DNA of 64,000 bases from Mobula hypostoma (taxonomy: Eukaryota). The number at the start of each line of letters is the position of its first letter. The stretch's first letter is position 1. The position numbers were made by a program, and so were the translations under genes. The stretch is from assembly GCF_963921235.1 (NCBI RefSeq), contig NC_086108.1, positions 90,584,001 to 90,648,000 on the forward strand, in the 5' to 3' direction. Under the pieces are notes generated by a model that did not search any database, was not told the DNA's origin, and saw nothing but the letters and a program-made list of their open reading frames with translations. Of the stretch, positions 61,901 to 64,000 are shown one piece after another.

Positions 61901-62280
61901 ATTACAAGATCATGAGAGTCAGAGATAGGGTGGATGGATGGAGTATCCAGTTCCCAGAGCTGAGATGTCATAATACCAGAGGGCTTACATTGAAGATGAG
62001 AGGGGGTAGTTTCAAGGGGGATGTGAGGGGTAATTTTTTTACTTAGAGAGTCGTAGATTCCTGGAATGCACTGCTTGGTATGATAGAGACAAATACATTA
62101 GAGGCTTTTAAGAGATGTTTGTATAGGTACATGGTTGTAAGAAAGTTGGAAGGATATGGATATTGTGTAGGTAGGAGAGATTAGTGTTTGGGTGTTTCTG
62201 AATTGCTTTTTAGCTGATTTGACACATCATTTTGGGTCGAATGGCCTGCTCCTGTGCTGTTCTGTTCTATGTTCTATGTT
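61901..62280 (+). mobile_element. CR1 3' end (continuation of about 59375-59436)
   Basis: YKIMRVRDRV...DVRGNFFT*RVVDSWNAL; (TTCTATG)n tail. Confidence 0.75.
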
Positions 62281-62369
62281 TAAAATATGTTGTGACATGT
62301 AATAAATTCTACAGCTTTTTTCAAATTTGTATGGTTTATACAACAGTGCAATTGGTTGTCTATCTATGA

Positions 62370-62690
62370 TGACAGGAAACCTGTAAGCAGGATAGTCTAG
62401 TAAAGGGGAAAAGCCATTGTATCTCGCTGTTGATCTCATCCACCCAGCCACTGGACAGGCATGTCTCTGTCTTACTGGGGTATGAGGTCTGCCGGCTGGC
62501 TTCATCCGGTTTAGCCTGCCTTTTGAAGCGGTGTACCAGGGTGTCACTGCCATCACATGCAGACAGCTACTTGGAGCCACAGCTGAGAGCTGAGCATCCG
62601 GTGGGGACCAAAGATGAGTGAGCTGCCCCAGAATGGACATAGAAAATCCATTCACCAGAGATGCTAGCCCTCCCTGGATACTCTAACCCC
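62370..62690 (-). mobile_element. Non-autonomous RTE-type derivative
   Basis: GC-rich structured head (CAGCTCTCAGCTGTGGCTCC...GGCTAAACCGG) joined to a CAGGTTTCCTGTCATC end; resembles RTE-type termini from recall. Confidence 0.45.
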
Positions 62691-63614
62691 CTATGCAATA
62701 TTAATGAAATAAGAAATGAGTATTTTTTTTTAACTTGAGTGTCTATTCCCTTGAAAACTCCAGTTGTAAATGGGAACATTCTTATGGCTCACAAGTTGAT
62801 TATATTTTCTTTGCAAAATCCTGCAATTCCACTGGAGGGTTAAGTGACCCAGGATCAGCGTCGTCTCCCAAGCCAACATCCCATCTTCAAATTGTCCTCA
62901 GCTGATTCCAGTAGATGAACTGCACTGTCTGCATGCTGGACATCAGACATTCAAAGCGGTTCAGAAAGTCACTCTACTCTGAGTTTGATTGTGGCAAAGG
63001 ATTGGCTTACCAGGTGGCTAGAGAAAATCATTCAAAGATCTTCTGAAAGAATCCTTGGATAAAATGTGAGATTCTCACCAGCTTCTGCCAATCTATTCCT
63101 TGTGGCCACTCAAAACGAAAGAGCATCTATAGTGTACTTGAAACCCCTGGCACTCTTTGTCAAGTAAAAATGCACACCATCTTCCTTACCTGCCATCCAC
63201 TCACCCCATAAAAAATGTTAATTATGGATGGATACCTTTCTGACCAGAGCAATCCCCTGTGCAGTTTGCTCTGTCTAGAGTTTGCTGCACAGCTATATCA
63301 AAACACAGAGAAGGAAAATGAGTCAAGAGAGTAAATTGCTCAGTTTACTGTCTCTACTCACTTCCCTTTGTTTTTTTTGGTGGCACTTTCCTAAACCAAG
63401 GGGTGATATGCAGTTCACCTCTTTTAGATGTGGGAGTAAACTGGCTCATGCAGCAGACACTTACGCAGTCTTGAAGAGAATGTACTAATCCTTGTGAACT
63501 GCACGTGTGCTCGGGTTCAATCCCAGTTTCCTGGATCTGTGCCACTGTGAAGCCTCTGGTAGAATTGCCAGACTCAAAGGCAGCTTCTGCCTCACTGTTA
63601 TCATACTCTTGGAT

Positions 63615-63733
63615 TGAATGCTGGAGGAACTCAGCAGGCCAGGCAGCATCTATGGAAAAGAGTACAGTCAACATTTCAGGCTGAGACCCTTCATCAGGAC
63701 TGATTTCTGGCATCTGCAGATTTTCTCTTGTTT
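63615..63733 (-). mobile_element. Short Penelope-derived insertion (minus unit plus inverted tail tip)
   Basis: Family tail and hammerhead on the minus strand, then plus-strand GATTTCTGGCATCTGCAGATTTTCTCTTGTTT. Confidence 0.78.
63665..63702 (-). ncRNA. Minimal type-I hammerhead ribozyme motif
   Basis: CAGUC CUGAUGA A GGG UCUCAG CCU GAAA UG UU GACUG; helix I intact. Confidence 0.65.
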
Positions 63734-63923
63734 GCCCTTGAATTGCCCCCTCATCTGCTAAAGAATGATTTCCTGATCTCCCAATCTGCATTCTCGTGGC
63801 CCTTACACTTCATTTTTCCTCTTGCATTGCACTTTCTCTGTATCCCTTTCTTTTTATTTCCTTATTGTAATTATGTGTGGCATGAACTGTCTGGATGGCA
63901 CACAAAAGAAAAGCTTTTCGCAA

Positions 63924-64000
63924 GGGCAGCGGGGTAGCCTAATGGCTACGGCAATGCTTTACAGTCCCAGGGATCAGAAGATCTCTCTACCTTCCTTTGT
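63924..64000 (+). mobile_element. V-SINE head (truncated)
   Basis: GGGCAGCGGGGTAGCCTAATGG...GCTTTACAGT matches the other SINE heads in the window. Confidence 0.55.

Overview
Vertebrate genomic DNA, most likely a cartilaginous fish and probably a ray or skate. This is inferred only from the repeat landscape: CR1 LINEs, V-SINEs, Rex1/Babar, Penelope, Tc1, hAT and Tigger. I found no host protein-coding exon, rRNA, tRNA gene or CRISPR array. The window looks intronic or intergenic and is dominated by nested, mostly decayed mobile elements, separated by AT-rich unique blocks that may hold conserved enhancers. The strongest signal is a dispersed Penelope-associated repeat (about 13 loci) carrying a minimal type-I hammerhead ribozyme, consensus CAGUC-CUGAYGA-A-GGG-UCUCGG-CCY-GAAA-CG-UC^GACUG. 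One copy is attached to a decayed Penelope RT/GIY-YIG ORF. Others are short non-autonomous fold-back or tandem insertions, one with a perfect 13-bp target-site duplication. Also notable: a Sleeping Beauty-like IR/DR and transposase end, MER2/Tigger-like and Charlie3-like DNA transposons (horizontal-transfer candidates), a HERO-type RLE retrotransposon 3' end, structured RTE-derived non-autonomous elements, and a near full-length CR1 with an esterase ORF1 and tandem 5' monomers. Family names come from motif recall, not database searches. Boundaries of old fragments are approximate.
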